From: Vicugna vicugna
Taxonomy: Eukaryota
DNA length: 64,000 nt
Reading direction: 5' to 3'
Assembly: GCA_013265495.1 (NCBI GenBank)
Contig: MU057416.1
Coordinates: forward strand, 738,545 to 802,544
Part shown: positions 63,670 to 64,000 of the stretch, piece by piece
Position numbering within the stretch: position 1 is the stretch's first letter
Layout: the number at the start of each line of letters is the position of its first letter
Program-made: the position numbers and the translations under genes
The notes under the pieces: model-generated
Databases searched by the model: none
What the model saw: the letters and a program-made list of their open reading frames with translations, nothing else
What the model was told of the DNA's origin: nothing

Positions 63670-63803
63670 TGGCAGATGATTTTAGTTCTTATTTCAACAA
63701 GCTTGGTATGAAATGCATGCCATCTGGTTACTGGGAAAATTCTAGGCCCTATTAACTGCTTGTGTGAGAGGCATTCCTGCCATTTAGTTGTAAATGATTG
63801 CAC
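63670..63803 (-). pseudogene. Exon (134 nt, or 3' part of a larger exon)
   Basis: Acceptor 'tttttttccatttgcag|GTG', consensus donor 'CCA|gtaagt'. Open frame VQSFTTKWQECLSHKQLIGPRIFPVTRWHAFHTKLVEIRTKIIC. Confidence 0.55.
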
Positions 63804-64000
63804 CTGCAAATGGAAAAAAATCCACATCTTATCACTTGCTCCTAGGGCTGGAAGATTTGATGACACAATACTGCCATTTCATCCACTTTTAGAGTCTGTG
63901 TCTGATCAGTACAGCTGTTCTCCCGCACTGGTTGAATATGCTGCGTTGTGCGCCAGCACGCAGACTTGCCGGGGGAAATTGCAAGTAGCACTAAATGTGA

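Larger units (their letters stand above)
4480..63803 (-). pseudogene. Unidentified multi-exon gene remnant (about 15 exons), candidate unitary pseudogene; probably extends beyond the window's right edge
   Basis: Chain of minus-strand GT-AG exons with mostly compatible phases and protein-like, K/S/E/Q-rich translations. Disrupted by in-frame stops, frameshifts, an LTR and a tandem duplication (see individual exons). Confidence 0.65.

Noticed and set aside
1..64000. CRISPR arrays, prokaryotic defence systems, non-retroviral viral insertions
   Set aside because: No regularly spaced repeats or viral/prokaryotic ORFs seen; the sequence is mammalian.

Overview
Mammalian genomic DNA, almost certainly camelid: it carries a Vic-1-type tRNA-derived SINE at 46180-46270 and artiodactyl-type L1 ends. 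It is not microbial, and there are no CRISPR arrays, rRNA genes or operons. The window is repeat-rich (L1, L2, MLT1/MaLR LTRs, ERV1-like solo LTRs, ERVL integrase remnant) with several CpG islands. No intact protein-coding gene is recognisable, and the supplied ORFs are mostly repeat or GC-rich artefacts. The main signal is a chain of about 15 GT-AG exons on the minus strand spanning almost the whole window (~63800 to ~4480). Their splice phases mostly join into one protein-like frame, broken by nonsense codons, frameshifts, an LTR inserted in the largest exon and a perfect 454-bp tandem duplication. This reads as an unidentified, decayed multi-exon gene (candidate unitary pseudogene); I could not name it from sequence alone. 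Secondary signals: a candidate antisense spliced transcript from the 11.2-11.8 kb CpG island, a near-full-length L2 with endonuclease motifs, several internally deleted L1s, and patches of strong AT-to-GC drift. Repeat family names come from recalled consensus resemblance, not from a search.
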